Below are positions 18,804-28,836 of a stretch of DNA of 64,000 nt, piece after piece (the stretch's first letter is position 1; every line of letters begins with the position of its first letter). A program made the position numbers and the translations under genes. Source of the stretch: Candidatus Entotheonellaceae bacterium (GTDB taxonomy: Bacteria > Tectomicrobia > Entotheonellia > Entotheonellales > Entotheonellaceae); assembly GCA_965238075.1 (NCBI GenBank), contig OZ250173.1, positions 1,536,001-1,600,000 on the forward strand, given 5' to 3'. The notes below the pieces were generated by a model that was given only the letters and a program-made list of their open reading frames with translations, was not told where the DNA came from and ran no database searches.

Positions 18804-19709
18804 TCAGCGAACGTGCCATGCTTCGGTCAACGGCTTGGCGCCGACTAACTCGCCGTAACCGATGCCAGTGGTGCCAGTCGGCGACGGGCCGAAGTAGCGT
18901 TCGTCCACAGCGTCGGCGAGGCGCTGGTAACGCACGTCGACGGACAACCGCACGCGGTTCTGTTCGGAGACGTTCTGCAGCGAGCCGTGCAGCGTGAACA
19001 TTGGAAAGATCACCACGTCGCCGGCGGCGAAGTCGCGGCTCAGCAGCCGGGTGCCGCGTTCCTCGACGAACTGCAGCGGCGTGGCGTTGAAAGCGGCGGT
19101 GCGGTGGGTGTCGCGGGCGACGTCGAAGCCCTTTTGCGAAGCGACGATGTCGTCGAAACGGTGCGAGCCCTCGACCACGAACAACGGGCCCTCGTTGACC
19201 GGCACGTCGCCGAGCGCGATCCAGGCGGTCAGAACCGATTCGGTGGTGCGAGTGAAGAAGCCGTAATCGCAGTGTAGGTTGGTGAATTTGCCGCGATTGG
19301 CCGGACGCAGGAACAGGTAGTCCTGTGCCCGCACCGGCTCACCGAACACCGCGCTCATGAGGCCGTAGAGCCTCGGGCCGTGGGTGATGCGGCGCAGCGA
19401 CCAGGTTTCGCAGACGGATTTCCAGAAGGCGCCCAGGTCGGCCACCTGCTCCTTGCGGCGGCTGGCGCCGGAGTAGATGCCGTCGACGACGGGCGGCAGA
19501 ATCTCGCCCACCTCGGCGAGGCGGCCAAATATGTCGGCGCGCGCCGCCAGGACGTCGTCACGCGGCAAGAATTCGCGCATGTACAGGTAGCCGCCGTCGG
19601 CAAGCTGCGCTTGCAGGGCGGCGGCATCACCCCGCAGCGCCGAGTGGTCCTCGAACGACCCAAGGCGCTCGGCCGGGATCGTTTCGCCCTGTGCGACAAT
19701 GGTTTGCAT
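18804..19709 (-). CDS. Phytanoyl-CoA dioxygenase (PhyH) family Fe(II)/2OG enzyme
   Basis: HxD (HCD)...TAWIALGD...GSH...LHGS...RLSVDVRY. Confidence 0.88.
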   Translation of the reverse strand: MQTIVAQGETIPAERLGSFEDHSALRGDAAALQAQLADGGYLYMREFLPRDDVLAARADIFGRLAEVGEILPPVVDGIYSGASRRKEQVADLGAFWKSVCETWSLRRITHGPRLYGLMSAVFGEPVRAQDYLFLRPANRGKFTNLHCDYGFFTRTTESVLTAWIALGDVPVNEGPLFVVEGSHRFDDIVASQKGFDVARDTHRTAAFNATPLQFVEERGTRLLSRDFAAGDVVIFPMFTLHGSLQNVSEQNRVRLSVDVRYQRLADAVDERYFGPSPTGTTGIGYGELVGAKPLTEAWHVR

Positions 19710-19756
19710 GGTGCGTCTCCGGATTCGGTAGGTGTGATGACTTGATAGCCCCGGCG

Positions 19757-20587
19757 TCAGAGCGGCCAGTCAAGCCACTCGCAAATGGCGCGGCCCATCA
19801 CCCATTCCAGATCCTCGCCCTGCAGCCACGGCAGGTGCTCGGTGAACAGGGTGATGCATTCGTAGTAGGTGCAGGGCATGCGGGTCAGGTCGGTGCCCCA
19901 GAAGGTGCGCTGCGGGCCGAAGGCGTCGATGAGCGTGCGGATGTGCGGGTGCAGGTCGCGGAACGGGTACGGCTCGGCGGACAGCGACGGCATGCCGGAC
20001 GCCTTGACCGCGACGTTGGCGTGCCGGGCGAGCTTGCAGACCTCGGGGAGGTTGTCGAACACCTGCGGGCCGTTGCCGGTCTTCAGCCCGACGTGGTCGA
20101 TCACCAGCTTCAGCCCCGGATGGGCGGCGGCGACGCGGTCGAGCTGGTCGAGGGCGTCCGGCATGATAACCATGATTGGGATGCCGGCCTTCTCCAACGC
20201 CGGCCACAGCCAATCGGTCGAGCCGTCGGTGAGCAGGTGGCGGTAGTGCTCGTTGTGAAACGTGAAGCGCATGCCGAGCATGCCCGGCTGCTGTTTCCAC
20301 GCGGCGACCTTTCCGGGGCTGGCCGGGTCCTTCAGGTCCAGACGGCCCATAACGGCAAAGCGGTCGGGATAGCTCTGCGCCGCCTCCGACGCCACGTCGT
20401 TGCGGTCCCCTTCCCACGACGGCGGCACGATCACCGCCCGCCGCACGCCGGCCAGATCCATCTGGAACAGCATCGTTTCCTTGCTGATCGGGTACGGCTT
20501 CTGCGCATCCTGCGCGCGGCCTGCCGGCCATGGCCGGTCAGCCGACTCGGCCTGCCACATATGCACCTGCGAATCGACGATGTTCAT
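19757..20587 (-). CDS. Amidohydrolase_2 family protein
   Basis: DSQVHMW, VIDHVG, FGPQRTFWGTD motifs. Confidence 0.85.
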   Translation of the reverse strand: MNIVDSQVHMWQAESADRPWPAGRAQDAQKPYPISKETMLFQMDLAGVRRAVIVPPSWEGDRNDVASEAAQSYPDRFAVMGRLDLKDPASPGKVAAWKQQPGMLGMRFTFHNEHYRHLLTDGSTDWLWPALEKAGIPIMVIMPDALDQLDRVAAAHPGLKLVIDHVGLKTGNGPQVFDNLPEVCKLARHANVAVKASGMPSLSAEPYPFRDLHPHIRTLIDAFGPQRTFWGTDLTRMPCTYYECITLFTEHLPWLQGEDLEWVMGRAICEWLDWPL

Positions 20588-20620
20588 GAATGCGGTTCCT
20601 CCGAAGCGGCTGCCCGCCGG

Positions 20621-21121
20621 TCACACGGCCTGGAACTTCAGGCGCTTCACCGTGTCGATGTTGACGCCCTCGAGGCGGATCAGGCGGGTCGGCCCGTCGC
20701 GGCGCGGGGAGTGCAAGTCGCCCTCGTTGTACACGAAGGCCATGCCAGGCGTCAGGGTGTATGTCCTGGTCTTGCAGACCTTGCCGGGTTCGGCCTCGCT
20801 TGCCGCCTCCAGCAGTTCCCAGTCCGTCATCTCGGTCTCGCCCGCGGCTTGCCCATAAATCGCCCACGTCGGGCCGTGGTCGTGCGGCGGACTTTCTTTG
20901 GCGTCGTGATGCACGTGCGCCAGGATGCAAAAGCCGAGCTCGGCGTCTTCGTAGAGAATTTTTCGTTCCGGTACGTCGTCTCCCAAATGCGCCGCCACGA
21001 ACGAGCCGTCCTGCAGCACCTCCCGCAGCAGCGCGCAAACCCGCTCCCGGCCCGCCGTGCCGGAGTCGGCCTTCAGAGTATCATGACACGAAGCCGCAAA
21101 GGCTTCCAGCGTATGCCCCAT
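20621..21121 (-). CDS. Cysteine-dioxygenase-like cupin
   Basis: PPHDHGPTWAIYG and LHSP give a 3-His cupin site. Confidence 0.7.
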   Translation of the reverse strand: MGHTLEAFAASCHDTLKADSGTAGRERVCALLREVLQDGSFVAAHLGDDVPERKILYEDAELGFCILAHVHHDAKESPPHDHGPTWAIYGQAAGETEMTDWELLEAASEAEPGKVCKTRTYTLTPGMAFVYNEGDLHSPRRDGPTRLIRLEGVNIDTVKRLKFQAV

Positions 21122-21339
21122 GATGTTGTCTCCTGCCGTCTAAACGGCTCGTTCCTTTCGTCCCTCACATCTCCACCGCGTACATAGCCAAGCCGAAGGC
21201 GCAGCGCCGGGCTTGACCCGGCGGCCCGGCATTCTACCGCGCCCGTCGCCCCACTTCAACGCGCCGGGTCACCATCAACCCCAACCCGTATTGCCGCACA
21301 GCCGTGTGTTGCAATGCTATCAGGTTACGAGGCGGCCGA

Positions 21340-21528
21340 TCAGCGTATGCAACGGATGTCGATTCCCTGGAGGTCGAGTTGTGCCCAAGCCCGGTCGGCG
21401 GTCAAAGCCGCGCCGGCTTGCAGATACGCCGTGGCAAGGCAGGCATGGTCCCCGAGACTCAGGCCCAAGAATTGAGTCACTGGTCGGTAGCGGCCGCTTA
21501 AAATTGCCGCATCGAGATCAAACGGCAT
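21340..21528 (-). pseudogene. vapC: VapC/PIN toxin, only the C-terminal ~60 aa remain
   Basis: GLSLGDHACLATA...LTADRAW...IRCIR is a PIN C-terminal half; the N-terminal VLDAS motif region is absent. Confidence 0.75.
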
Positions 21529-21532
21529 CGCT

Positions 21533-21808
21533 TCATTCCTTCGCCGCTTCGGCTCGACGTTCGGCGATGAAGTCGTCAACAACACTCTCGCTTGACTTAC
21601 CCCTGCTTCGGGCAATTGCCCATATGCGTTCAAGTCCGGCTTCAACTGTCTGCAGCCTGATAAAACCCTCAACGAGTGGTATGTGGAGCATTTGTCCTTG
21701 CGTGATTCCGAGAGCTCTACGAATTGGCGCCGGCACGACCACGCGGCCAGGCTGGTCGATACGCACGCCTTGGCTGAAAGTGTGCTTGGCATGGAATGGA
21801 CCTTGCAT
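21533..21808 (-). CDS. AbrB/MazE/SpoVT-type antitoxin
   Basis: IDQPGRVVVPAPIRRALGI...SVVDDFIAERRAEA; start 21808 (RBS AAGGGAG) or 21838. Confidence 0.8.
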   Translation of the reverse strand: MQGPFHAKHTFSQGVRIDQPGRVVVPAPIRRALGITQGQMLHIPLVEGFIRLQTVEAGLERIWAIARSRGKSSESVVDDFIAERRAEAAKE

Positions 21809-22056
21809 CTTCTCCCTTGGTTTCTCCAACTGTGTCATGTGCAATCCTGTCCGGGTAATTTGGATTATCAGGAAACTATTCAAGATCTACCATAAATGAA
21901 TTTTTACCTATTTTCTTAAAAAGGATGAGAATTAGAAATCGAAACATGGAATCGCGACAGTAAACCTATGCAGAAGAGGGTTGTGATAGGATACGTGCTC
22001 GTTTTTGGGAATCGGTCTCGACGCGGACACAACACGGTTTGGAGGAGCGCTGGGCA

Positions 22057-22824
22057 ATGGCGGGACGAGTGGAAGGCAAGGTGGCATTGGTGACAGGCGG
22101 CAGTTCGGGGATTGGCCGAGCGACGGCGCTGGTGTTTGCCCGCGAGGGAGCGCAGCTGGTGGTCGCGGACATGGACGAGGACGGCGGCCAGCAAACGGTG
22201 CACAGCATCACGGAGCAGGGCGGTGAGGCGGTGTTCGTGCGCGCCGACGTGACGGCCGACACGGAGGTGGAGGCGCTGATCAGCCAGGCCGTGGCGGCCT
22301 ACGGGCGGCTGGATTGCGCCTACAACAACGCCGGCGTGACGCAGCGCGCCTATCCGCCGACGGACGAATACCCGCTGGACGACTGGCACCGGGTGCTGGC
22401 GGTCAATCTGACGGGCGTCTGGCTGTGCCTGAAGTACGAGTTGGCGCAAATGCGAAAGCAGGGCAGCGGTGCCATTGTCAACACGGCGTCAATTGCCGGG
22501 TTGGTTGGGATCGCCGGGCGCTCGGCTTACGTGGCCAGCAAGCACGGCGTGGTCGGAATTACCAAGTCGGCGGCTCTGGAATACGGCAGCCAGGGGATTC
22601 GCGTCAACGCGGTGTGTCCGGGGTACGTGCGCACGCCGATGGTGGATTACGTGCTGCGGCACGAGGGGCCGGAGCTGGAAGCGCAGATGCTGGCACGCGA
22701 GCCGATCGGGCGCCTGGGGCGGCCCGAGGAGATCGCCGAAACGGTGGTGTGGTTGTGTTCGGACGCGGCGTCGTTCATCACGGGACACGCGATGGCGGCA
22801 GATGGCGGATTTATGGCGCAGTAG
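22057..22824 (+). CDS. Short-chain dehydrogenase/reductase
   Basis: TGGSSGIG, NNAG, YVASK catalytic motif. Confidence 0.93.
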   Translation: MAGRVEGKVALVTGGSSGIGRATALVFAREGAQLVVADMDEDGGQQTVHSITEQGGEAVFVRADVTADTEVEALISQAVAAYGRLDCAYNNAGVTQRAYPPTDEYPLDDWHRVLAVNLTGVWLCLKYELAQMRKQGSGAIVNTASIAGLVGIAGRSAYVASKHGVVGITKSAALEYGSQGIRVNAVCPGYVRTPMVDYVLRHEGPELEAQMLAREPIGRLGRPEEIAETVVWLCSDAASFITGHAMAADGGFMAQ

Positions 22825-22833
22825 GGCGAGGCG

Positions 22834-24186
22834 ATGGCGATGCAAGGTTGGTTTGGTGTTCGGCGTGGGTTGTTGTTGCTGGCGTTCGGTGTCGTGGTCG
22901 TAGCCGCGGCGCTGAGGGGCTTTGCGTTATATGAGGGCGGTGACCCGCCAAGGGGACCGGATTTCGCCATTGTTCACACGCCTCGGGGTTTGTTGTACAA
23001 GGCGATCACGGCTCGCTTTGAGGCGGAATTGCAACAGGCCGAAGCGGTGAGCCGCGCAACCGCGGCGGAGGCGTTCGCTTCGGCGAAGGAGCAGGCCAGA
23101 GCGTACCGGTACAGAGCTGCGGCGAAAGAGCTGCGGCGGTCGTTGGAGGTGTACGAAACGCTCTCCGCCCACCTCAATGCCGGCTTGGTGTCGCTCAACC
23201 TGGGCGAGCTTGCGGCGGCCGAGGCGCATTTCCGCACCGGGCTGGAACGGATCGAGGAGCGCGGCGGCCGCGACTTCGTGACGGCCTTTCAACTGGGCCT
23301 GGGCGTTGTGTATCGGCAGCAGGGCCGCGTCGCTGAGGCGCTGGCCGCACACCGCGCAGCCCTGGATGTTGCCAAGCAAGAGCGGGATCTTCTGGCCGAG
23401 GCCGCCGCCCTCGGGCACATCGGCAATCTGCAGGCGGTGCAGGGCAGGATGGACGAGGCCCTTGCCGCGCACGAGCGGGCGCTGGAAATTTGCAAGCAAC
23501 TGGATCACCCGGTAGGACAGACGGTCGCCTTGGGGAATCTGGGTCACGTGCATGCCGAGCAAGGGCTCCCCGAGGCGGCGCTGGATTGGCACCGGCAGGC
23601 ATATCAGCTTGCGGAACAGCGGCTCGGGAGCATCGGGCAGGCGTTCGCCTTGACGGACATCGGCAACGTGTACCGGATGCGGGGGCAGATTGGCGACGCG
23701 CTGGTATCGCTGGGGAGAGCGCTGCGGTTTCATACCGAGCTCGGCAACACCGGCGATCGGGCCGCGGTCATGGACGACATCGGCAACGTGTATTTCAGGC
23801 AGGGGCAGTTGGACAAGGCGCTGGCGGCGTACGAGGGATCGTTCAAACTGTACACACGGATCAAACACGCCGTCGGGCAGGCCGCGGCGCTCAGCCACGT
23901 CGGCAACGTGTACGAGCGGCAGCGACAGTTGGACAAGGCGCTGGCGGCGCACGAGCGCGCCCTTGAGTTGGATACGGCCAGCGGTCACGCCGCCGGGCGG
24001 GCGCGAGACCTCGGCAACATCGGCAACGTCTACGGACGGCGAGGACGGATGGCGGAGGCGCTGGAGCGGTTGCGGACGGCAGAGGCGATCTACCGGCGGG
24101 TAAGGCCGCAGGGCCGAGGCGCGCAGGACGTGGCGCGGGTGATCAAGCGGCTGGTGTCGCCGTTGGATTTGTCGCAGATTGAGTGA
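22834..24186 (+). CDS. Membrane-anchored tetratricopeptide-repeat protein
   Basis: N-terminal hydrophobic helix; seven or more 40-aa repeats (IGNVY..QG..D.AL...ERAL). Confidence 0.85.
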   Translation: MAMQGWFGVRRGLLLLAFGVVVVAAALRGFALYEGGDPPRGPDFAIVHTPRGLLYKAITARFEAELQQAEAVSRATAAEAFASAKEQARAYRYRAAAKELRRSLEVYETLSAHLNAGLVSLNLGELAAAEAHFRTGLERIEERGGRDFVTAFQLGLGVVYRQQGRVAEALAAHRAALDVAKQERDLLAEAAALGHIGNLQAVQGRMDEALAAHERALEICKQLDHPVGQTVALGNLGHVHAEQGLPEAALDWHRQAYQLAEQRLGSIGQAFALTDIGNVYRMRGQIGDALVSLGRALRFHTELGNTGDRAAVMDDIGNVYFRQGQLDKALAAYEGSFKLYTRIKHAVGQAAALSHVGNVYERQRQLDKALAAHERALELDTASGHAAGRARDLGNIGNVYGRRGRMAEALERLRTAEAIYRRVRPQGRGAQDVARVIKRLVSPLDLSQIE

Positions 24187-24376
24187 AGACGATCTTGCCG
24201 CTTGAGTCTACCAATGCGCCCATGGCCGTGAGGCACAGGAATTTCTATGGCGAGCTTTTCGATCGCCTGCTTTCAACTTCCGATGCCGGACTCTATATGT
24301 CAACTTTGGGCGCCCCCGCAAAGACACGGAAATCTGTGTGGTTACTTGCCCTGCGAGCCGTTTTGTAGCAGGTCAA

Positions 24377-25126
24377 CTACTTACCGGGTGTTAACTGGCG
24401 GTCGTAGAGGGCCAGGAGGCGTTCCCAGTGGCGTTCGGCGGCGGGTTTGTCGTAGCACCAGCGCTGAGGGAAGGCAAAGCCGTGATGCACCTCGGGGTAC
24501 AGTTCCAGCTCGCCGGCGACGCCCGACGCAGCGAACAAGCCGCGTAATTCCTCGACCATCTCGGGCGGCGCCAAGTCATCGTGCTCGGCGCAGCCGATGT
24601 ACAATTCCCCGCCCACGCGGCGCAGCGACAAATGCGGGCTCTCCTCGGCGTCGCTCACCAGCCAGGTGCCGTAAAACGACGCGGCCGCGGCCACCCGCTC
24701 GGGATAGCGCGCCGCGGCCGCCAGGGCGTACGGTCCGCTCATGCAGTAGCCGTGGCAGCCGACCGGGCCTTCGGCAACGGAATCCAGCCCGTCCACGTAA
24801 TCCAGCATCGCCGCGACGTCCTGCATGACGGGCGGGATGGTCATGCGCGTGCGGATGGCGCGCATGCGGGTGTGCTCGGCGCTTCCCTTCTCCAGCACGT
24901 CGGGACCGAAGACGCTATCGCGTCCGGCGCGGTAGTACAGGTTGGGCAGCAGCACCACGTAGTCGACCGTTGCCAGCCGCCGCGCCATGTCGCGCAACTC
25001 CTCGCGGATGCCGGGTGCGTCCATCAGGAAGAACACTGCCGGGTGCGGGCCGCCGCGCTCCGGGCGGCAGATGAACGTTTCCATAGCGCCGTCGGCGGTC
25101 GTCACGTCCAGGGTTGTTTCGATCAT
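24377..25126 (-). CDS. Dienelactone hydrolase family protein
   Basis: [14 protein letters not shown] (Cys nucleophile), HHGFAFP; ATGA overlap with the upstream monooxygenase. Confidence 0.9.
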   Translation of the reverse strand: MIETTLDVTTADGAMETFICRPERGGPHPAVFFLMDAPGIREELRDMARRLATVDYVVLLPNLYYRAGRDSVFGPDVLEKGSAEHTRMRAIRTRMTIPPVMQDVAAMLDYVDGLDSVAEGPVGCHGYCMSGPYALAAAARYPERVAAAASFYGTWLVSDAEESPHLSLRRVGGELYIGCAEHDDLAPPEMVEELRGLFAASGVAGELELYPEVHHGFAFPQRWCYDKPAAERHWERLLALYDRQLTPGK

Positions 25127-26454
25127 CGCACAGCCTCCTTCATCGTATAGCGGTTAGCGGGAATCGGCAGGCCCAGGTTGCCGTGCAGCGTGTCGGCCTC
25201 GTACTCGGTGCGGAACAGTCCCCGAGCCTGCAAAATGGGCAGAACGTGCTCGATAAAGTCGAGCAGGCCATCCGGCAGCACCGCGCCGGTGAGCATGAAG
25301 CCGTCCGCCGCCCCCGCCTCGAACCATGCCTGCATGGTGTCGGCCACGTACTCCGGCGTGCCGATGAAGGCGTGCTTGCTGGTCGTGGACCGCAGCGCCA
25401 TCTGCCGCAGCGTCAGGTTCTCGGTACGCGCCAATTCTTTAATCCGGTCCGTCGTGCTTTCCCAGCCGTTGCGGCCAAAATCGCCGAGGTCGGGAAACGG
25501 CGCGTCTAAATCGTATTGCGTGAAGTCGATGTCATTGAAATAGCGCCCCAGGTAGTTCAGAGCGTCCTCGATGCTCACCAGATTGGCGATCTCTTCATAT
25601 TTAGCCTCCGCTTCCGCCGTGGTGCTGCCGACGATCGGCCCGCAACCGGGCATGATCAAAATCTCCTCCGGCGCCCTGCCGAAGCGCGCCGCCCGCTGCC
25701 TCACGTCCTGGCAGAAGCGCACACCGTCCTCCAACGATGCTTGGCCGGTGAACACGGCGTCCGCCTGCCGCGCCGCGAAGTCCTTGCCCGCCTCCGACGA
25801 TCCCGCCTGGATCAGCACCGGGCGCCCTTGCGGGCAGCGCGAAATGTTCAGCGGCCCCTGCACCGAATAGAACTCGCCGCGGTGGTTCAACCGGTGCATC
25901 TTGCTGGCGTCGATGAACCGCCCGCTCGCCTTGTCGCGCACGAAGGCGTCGTCCTCCCACGAGTCCCACAGGCCCTTGGCGACCTCCAGATACTCGTCCG
26001 CCATGCGGTAGCGCAGGTCGTGTTCCGGGTGCTCCGGACGGCTGTAGTTCAACGCCGAGCCCTCCAGCGGTGAGGTCACAATGTTCCAGCCCGCCCGCCC
26101 CCTGCTGAGGTGATCAATGGAGGCGAACTGCCGCGCCACCGTGTACGGGTCGCTGTAGGTCGTCGACAGCGTGGCGGCCAGGCCGATATGCGTCGTTTCC
26201 ATGGCCAGCGCCGCCAGCAGCGTCAGGGGCTCGAAGCGGTTGAGGAAATTGGGGTGCGACTTCTCGCTGATGTACAGCCCGTCGCCGAAAAACGCGAAGT
26301 CCAGTTTGGCCGCCTCGGCCCGTTTGGTGAGCCAGCGGTAGTAATCCAGATTGATGGCGGCGTCGGCGTCGGCGTTGGGGTGTCTCCACGACGCCATGTT
26401 GCCGCCCGTGCCGGCAAGAAAGGCGCCAAAGCGCAGCATGCGGTGCGTCGTCAT
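25123..26454 (-). CDS. NtaA/DszA-family FMNH2-dependent monooxygenase, CmoJ(YtnJ)-like
   Basis: [38 protein letters not shown] motifs resemble B. subtilis YtnJ as recalled. Confidence 0.88.
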   Translation of the reverse strand: MTTHRMLRFGAFLAGTGGNMASWRHPNADADAAINLDYYRWLTKRAEAAKLDFAFFGDGLYISEKSHPNFLNRFEPLTLLAALAMETTHIGLAATLSTTYSDPYTVARQFASIDHLSRGRAGWNIVTSPLEGSALNYSRPEHPEHDLRYRMADEYLEVAKGLWDSWEDDAFVRDKASGRFIDASKMHRLNHRGEFYSVQGPLNISRCPQGRPVLIQAGSSEAGKDFAARQADAVFTGQASLEDGVRFCQDVRQRAARFGRAPEEILIMPGCGPIVGSTTAEAEAKYEEIANLVSIEDALNYLGRYFNDIDFTQYDLDAPFPDLGDFGRNGWESTTDRIKELARTENLTLRQMALRSTTSKHAFIGTPEYVADTMQAWFEAGAADGFMLTGAVLPDGLLDFIEHVLPILQARGLFRTEYEADTLHGNLGLPIPANRYTMKEAVR

Positions 26455-26514
26455 CGGCAAGTCTCCCGTTTGGCTTAGGGGATCAAAACAGCCTGCGCAA
26501 TGCCCCCGAACCGC

Positions 26515-26593
26515 GTCCTTCCAGGCTCGACCCGGAATCCAGGGGGCCGTTGTGCTGAAAAAATCGTTGCAATCCGGCCTCCGTCAGGGTGAC
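26515..26593. repeat. Degenerate inverted pair of family C repeats
   Basis: gtccttccaggctcgacccggaatccag ... aatccggcctccgtcagggtgac. Confidence 0.6.
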
Positions 26594-26602
26594 GGCCGGC
26601 AT

Positions 26603-27631
26603 TTACAGCGCCGCCTCACACGGCGCGGCGCAGGTAAACAGGTCACTGAGCAGGGCGTAGGAATGCAGCCGTTTGCGAAAGTCCTTGATGGCCGTAATGA
26701 CCATGATCTCGTCGGCCTGATAATCCCGCTGCAAGTCGGCAAGCCGCTGGCGCACGGTGTCCGGCGAGCCGTGGATGACCCGCGCCTGCTGCACGTCGAG
26801 CGTGTAAGCCTCGCCCGCCTGGCGGCCGAACTCTTCGGCGCCCTCCAGGTTGCCGACGGTCAACGTGCGCCCGCTCTGCAGGCGGATTCGCACCACGCGG
26901 ACCTCGGCGGCATGGGCGCGCGCTTCGTCGTCGGTATCGGCGACGATCACCGGTAGCGCCAGCAGCACCTGCGGGCGGGCGGCGTTGGCGGCGGCGAAGC
27001 GTTCCCGATACGTCGCCACCGAGTCGCGCATCATGGCGTCGTCACTGTTCAGGAAATAGGCAAAGACGTACGGGATGGCCATGTCGGCGGCCAGTTCGGC
27101 GCTGGCCGGGCTGGTGCCGAGCAGAAACAATTCGGCGGGCTGCGGCGGCAACGGCGAGGCGCGCAGGCCGTGCAGCGGATGATCCTCTGTCACCCGGTCG
27201 TGCAGCAGTTGCTCCAACTCGATCAGCTTTTCCGTCAGCGGTCGGCTTGCCTGGCCGTCCCCCTGTTGCAGGGCGCGCGTGGATTGCGGCATGCCCCCCG
27301 GTCCGCGCCCGATGCCCAGGTCCACCCGGCCCGGCGCCAGCGACGCCAGCACGTTGAAATTCTCGACCACCTTGTAGGGGCTGTAGTGCTGCAGCATGAC
27401 GCCGCCCGACCCCACCCGGATGCGCTCGGTCTTGGCCAGCAGGTGCGAAATCAGAACCTCGGGGGACGACCCGACCACGCGGTCGGAGCCGTGGTGCTCG
27501 GAGACCCAGAAGCGGTGATAACCCCATTCCTCCGCCTTCTGGGCGAGTTCGATGGTGCGCTGGAAGGCTTGCGCCGCGGTTTCCGAATCGTACAACGGGC
27601 TGAGGTCGAGAATGCTCAACTTCAGGGTCAC
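26603..27631 (-). CDS. Luciferase-like monooxygenase, CmoO(YtmO)-like
   Basis: LSILD, GYHRFWVSEHH, GSGGVMLQHYSPYKV, FAYFLN, GRTLTVG motifs. Confidence 0.88.
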   Translation of the reverse strand: MTLKLSILDLSPLYDSETAAQAFQRTIELAQKAEEWGYHRFWVSEHHGSDRVVGSSPEVLISHLLAKTERIRVGSGGVMLQHYSPYKVVENFNVLASLAPGRVDLGIGRGPGGMPQSTRALQQGDGQASRPLTEKLIELEQLLHDRVTEDHPLHGLRASPLPPQPAELFLLGTSPASAELAADMAIPYVFAYFLNSDDAMMRDSVATYRERFAAANAARPQVLLALPVIVADTDDEARAHAAEVRVVRIRLQSGRTLTVGNLEGAEEFGRQAGEAYTLDVQQARVIHGSPDTVRQRLADLQRDYQADEIMVITAIKDFRKRLHSYALLSDLFTCAAPCEAAL

Positions 27632-27655
27632 GGGATTTCCTTCGGCGACGGGCGG

Positions 27656-28543
27656 TCAGATGGCGGGCGGCGGCACGACCACCCGCTCGTACGGGTGCCG
27701 GGGGCCGCTGCGGCCGCCGTGCGCAAAGGCGTCGAGGGCCGCTTCGTACAGGGCCGGCTCGATGGGGATGTCGCCCGACCAGGCATCAAGCTGTTGGTAT
27801 CTGCGGATGGCCTCGGTGACGGCCTCAACCGCCATGTCCGGGAAGAAATCGGCCTCGGCCCGCGCCACCTCCGCCGGATCTGCGGTGTGCACCCATCGAC
27901 GGGCCGCCGTGTAAGCCGCGGTGAAGCGTCGGGCATCGTCCGTGGCCAGCCAGTCGGGCCGCGTCACCAGGCTGCTGAAGGCGACGGGGCCGACCGCCTC
28001 GCCGACCGACGCCACCACGTGGGCGACGCCCTCGTGGGCGAGTTGCTGCGGGTAGGCGCCCTGCTCGTGGAAATAATCCCCCTCGCCGCTGCGGAAAGCG
28101 TCCATCATCTCCGGCGTCGTCGGCTTGCTGATGTCCGGTACGTCGCTCAGGTCGACACCCATTTTGTGAAGGCCGTAGCGCAGCATGATTTCGGGCTGTC
28201 CGCCGTGTACGTACATGAAGCGACCGTTGCGCAGCTTGTCCCAGGTGAATGACGGGTCCGGCCGGCGCGCCGCGACGAAAAAGCCGTCGCAGCGGTTGAT
28301 CTGCGCGAAGTGTACCACCGGCGGCTCCTCGCCGCGGTCCAGCGGTGCCCACGACGACGCCACCGCCGCCTGTCCCACGTCCACCCGACCGGCACCCACC
28401 TCGGCGGGCGTGCCGGAGCCTTTGGGCACCACGGCGTACGTGCCGGTCAGCCCCTCTTTTTCCAGAAATCCCCCGGCGATGGTGGCAATCAGCGGGCTGT
28501 AAAAGGCGGAGTGACGGGACACCATAAGGCGGATTTCAGACAT
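27656..28543 (-). CDS. NMT1/THI5/SsuA-like binding-protein fold, no signal peptide
   Basis: FYSPLIATIAGGFLEKEGL and RRFTAAYTAARRWV..DPAEVA are typical of the family; the N-terminus is not a signal peptide. Confidence 0.7.
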   Translation of the reverse strand: MSEIRLMVSRHSAFYSPLIATIAGGFLEKEGLTGTYAVVPKGSGTPAEVGAGRVDVGQAAVASSWAPLDRGEEPPVVHFAQINRCDGFFVAARRPDPSFTWDKLRNGRFMYVHGGQPEIMLRYGLHKMGVDLSDVPDISKPTTPEMMDAFRSGEGDYFHEQGAYPQQLAHEGVAHVVASVGEAVGPVAFSSLVTRPDWLATDDARRFTAAYTAARRWVHTADPAEVARAEADFFPDMAVEAVTEAIRRYQQLDAWSGDIPIEPALYEAALDAFAHGGRSGPRHPYERVVVPPPAI

Positions 28544-28672
28544 GCGGCAAAGTCCTTTTGCGGAGATTTTGTGCGGGATGTGAAGGACGGAATAGTAGCA
28601 TGAAACCTGGGGTTGGGTCCACGCAGCATACGCGGGAATCGTGCCTCAGCTTGACACGACCGAACTCATACG

Positions 28673-28719
28673 CCCCCTCGCCCCAGCCCTCCTCTGGCGG
28701 GAGGGCTGGGGCGAGGGGG
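28673..28719. repeat. Perfect 20-bp hairpin (collapsed family A pair)
   Basis: ccccctcgccccagccctcc-tctggcg-ggagggctggggcgaggggg. Confidence 0.85.
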
Positions 28720-28836
28720 GCTGAAGGGAAATTTCCCGATCAAGGGGTACGACGCGCGATGCATCAAGGCGCTGCGTGTACAATGGGGCAGACATCGACA
28801 GGTAATTGGAAGTCGGACACGATGAGGGGGAAAAGC

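Noticed and set aside
21840..21990. AT-rich stretch as an origin or island end
   Set aside because: Best explained as the divergent promoter region between the antitoxin and SDR genes; no iterons or att-like repeats seen.
24187..24376. Minus-strand peptide PHGHGRIGRL resembling a Fic motif; 61-aa plus-strand ORF
   Set aside because: The match is too short, an in-frame stop lies upstream and there is no other support.
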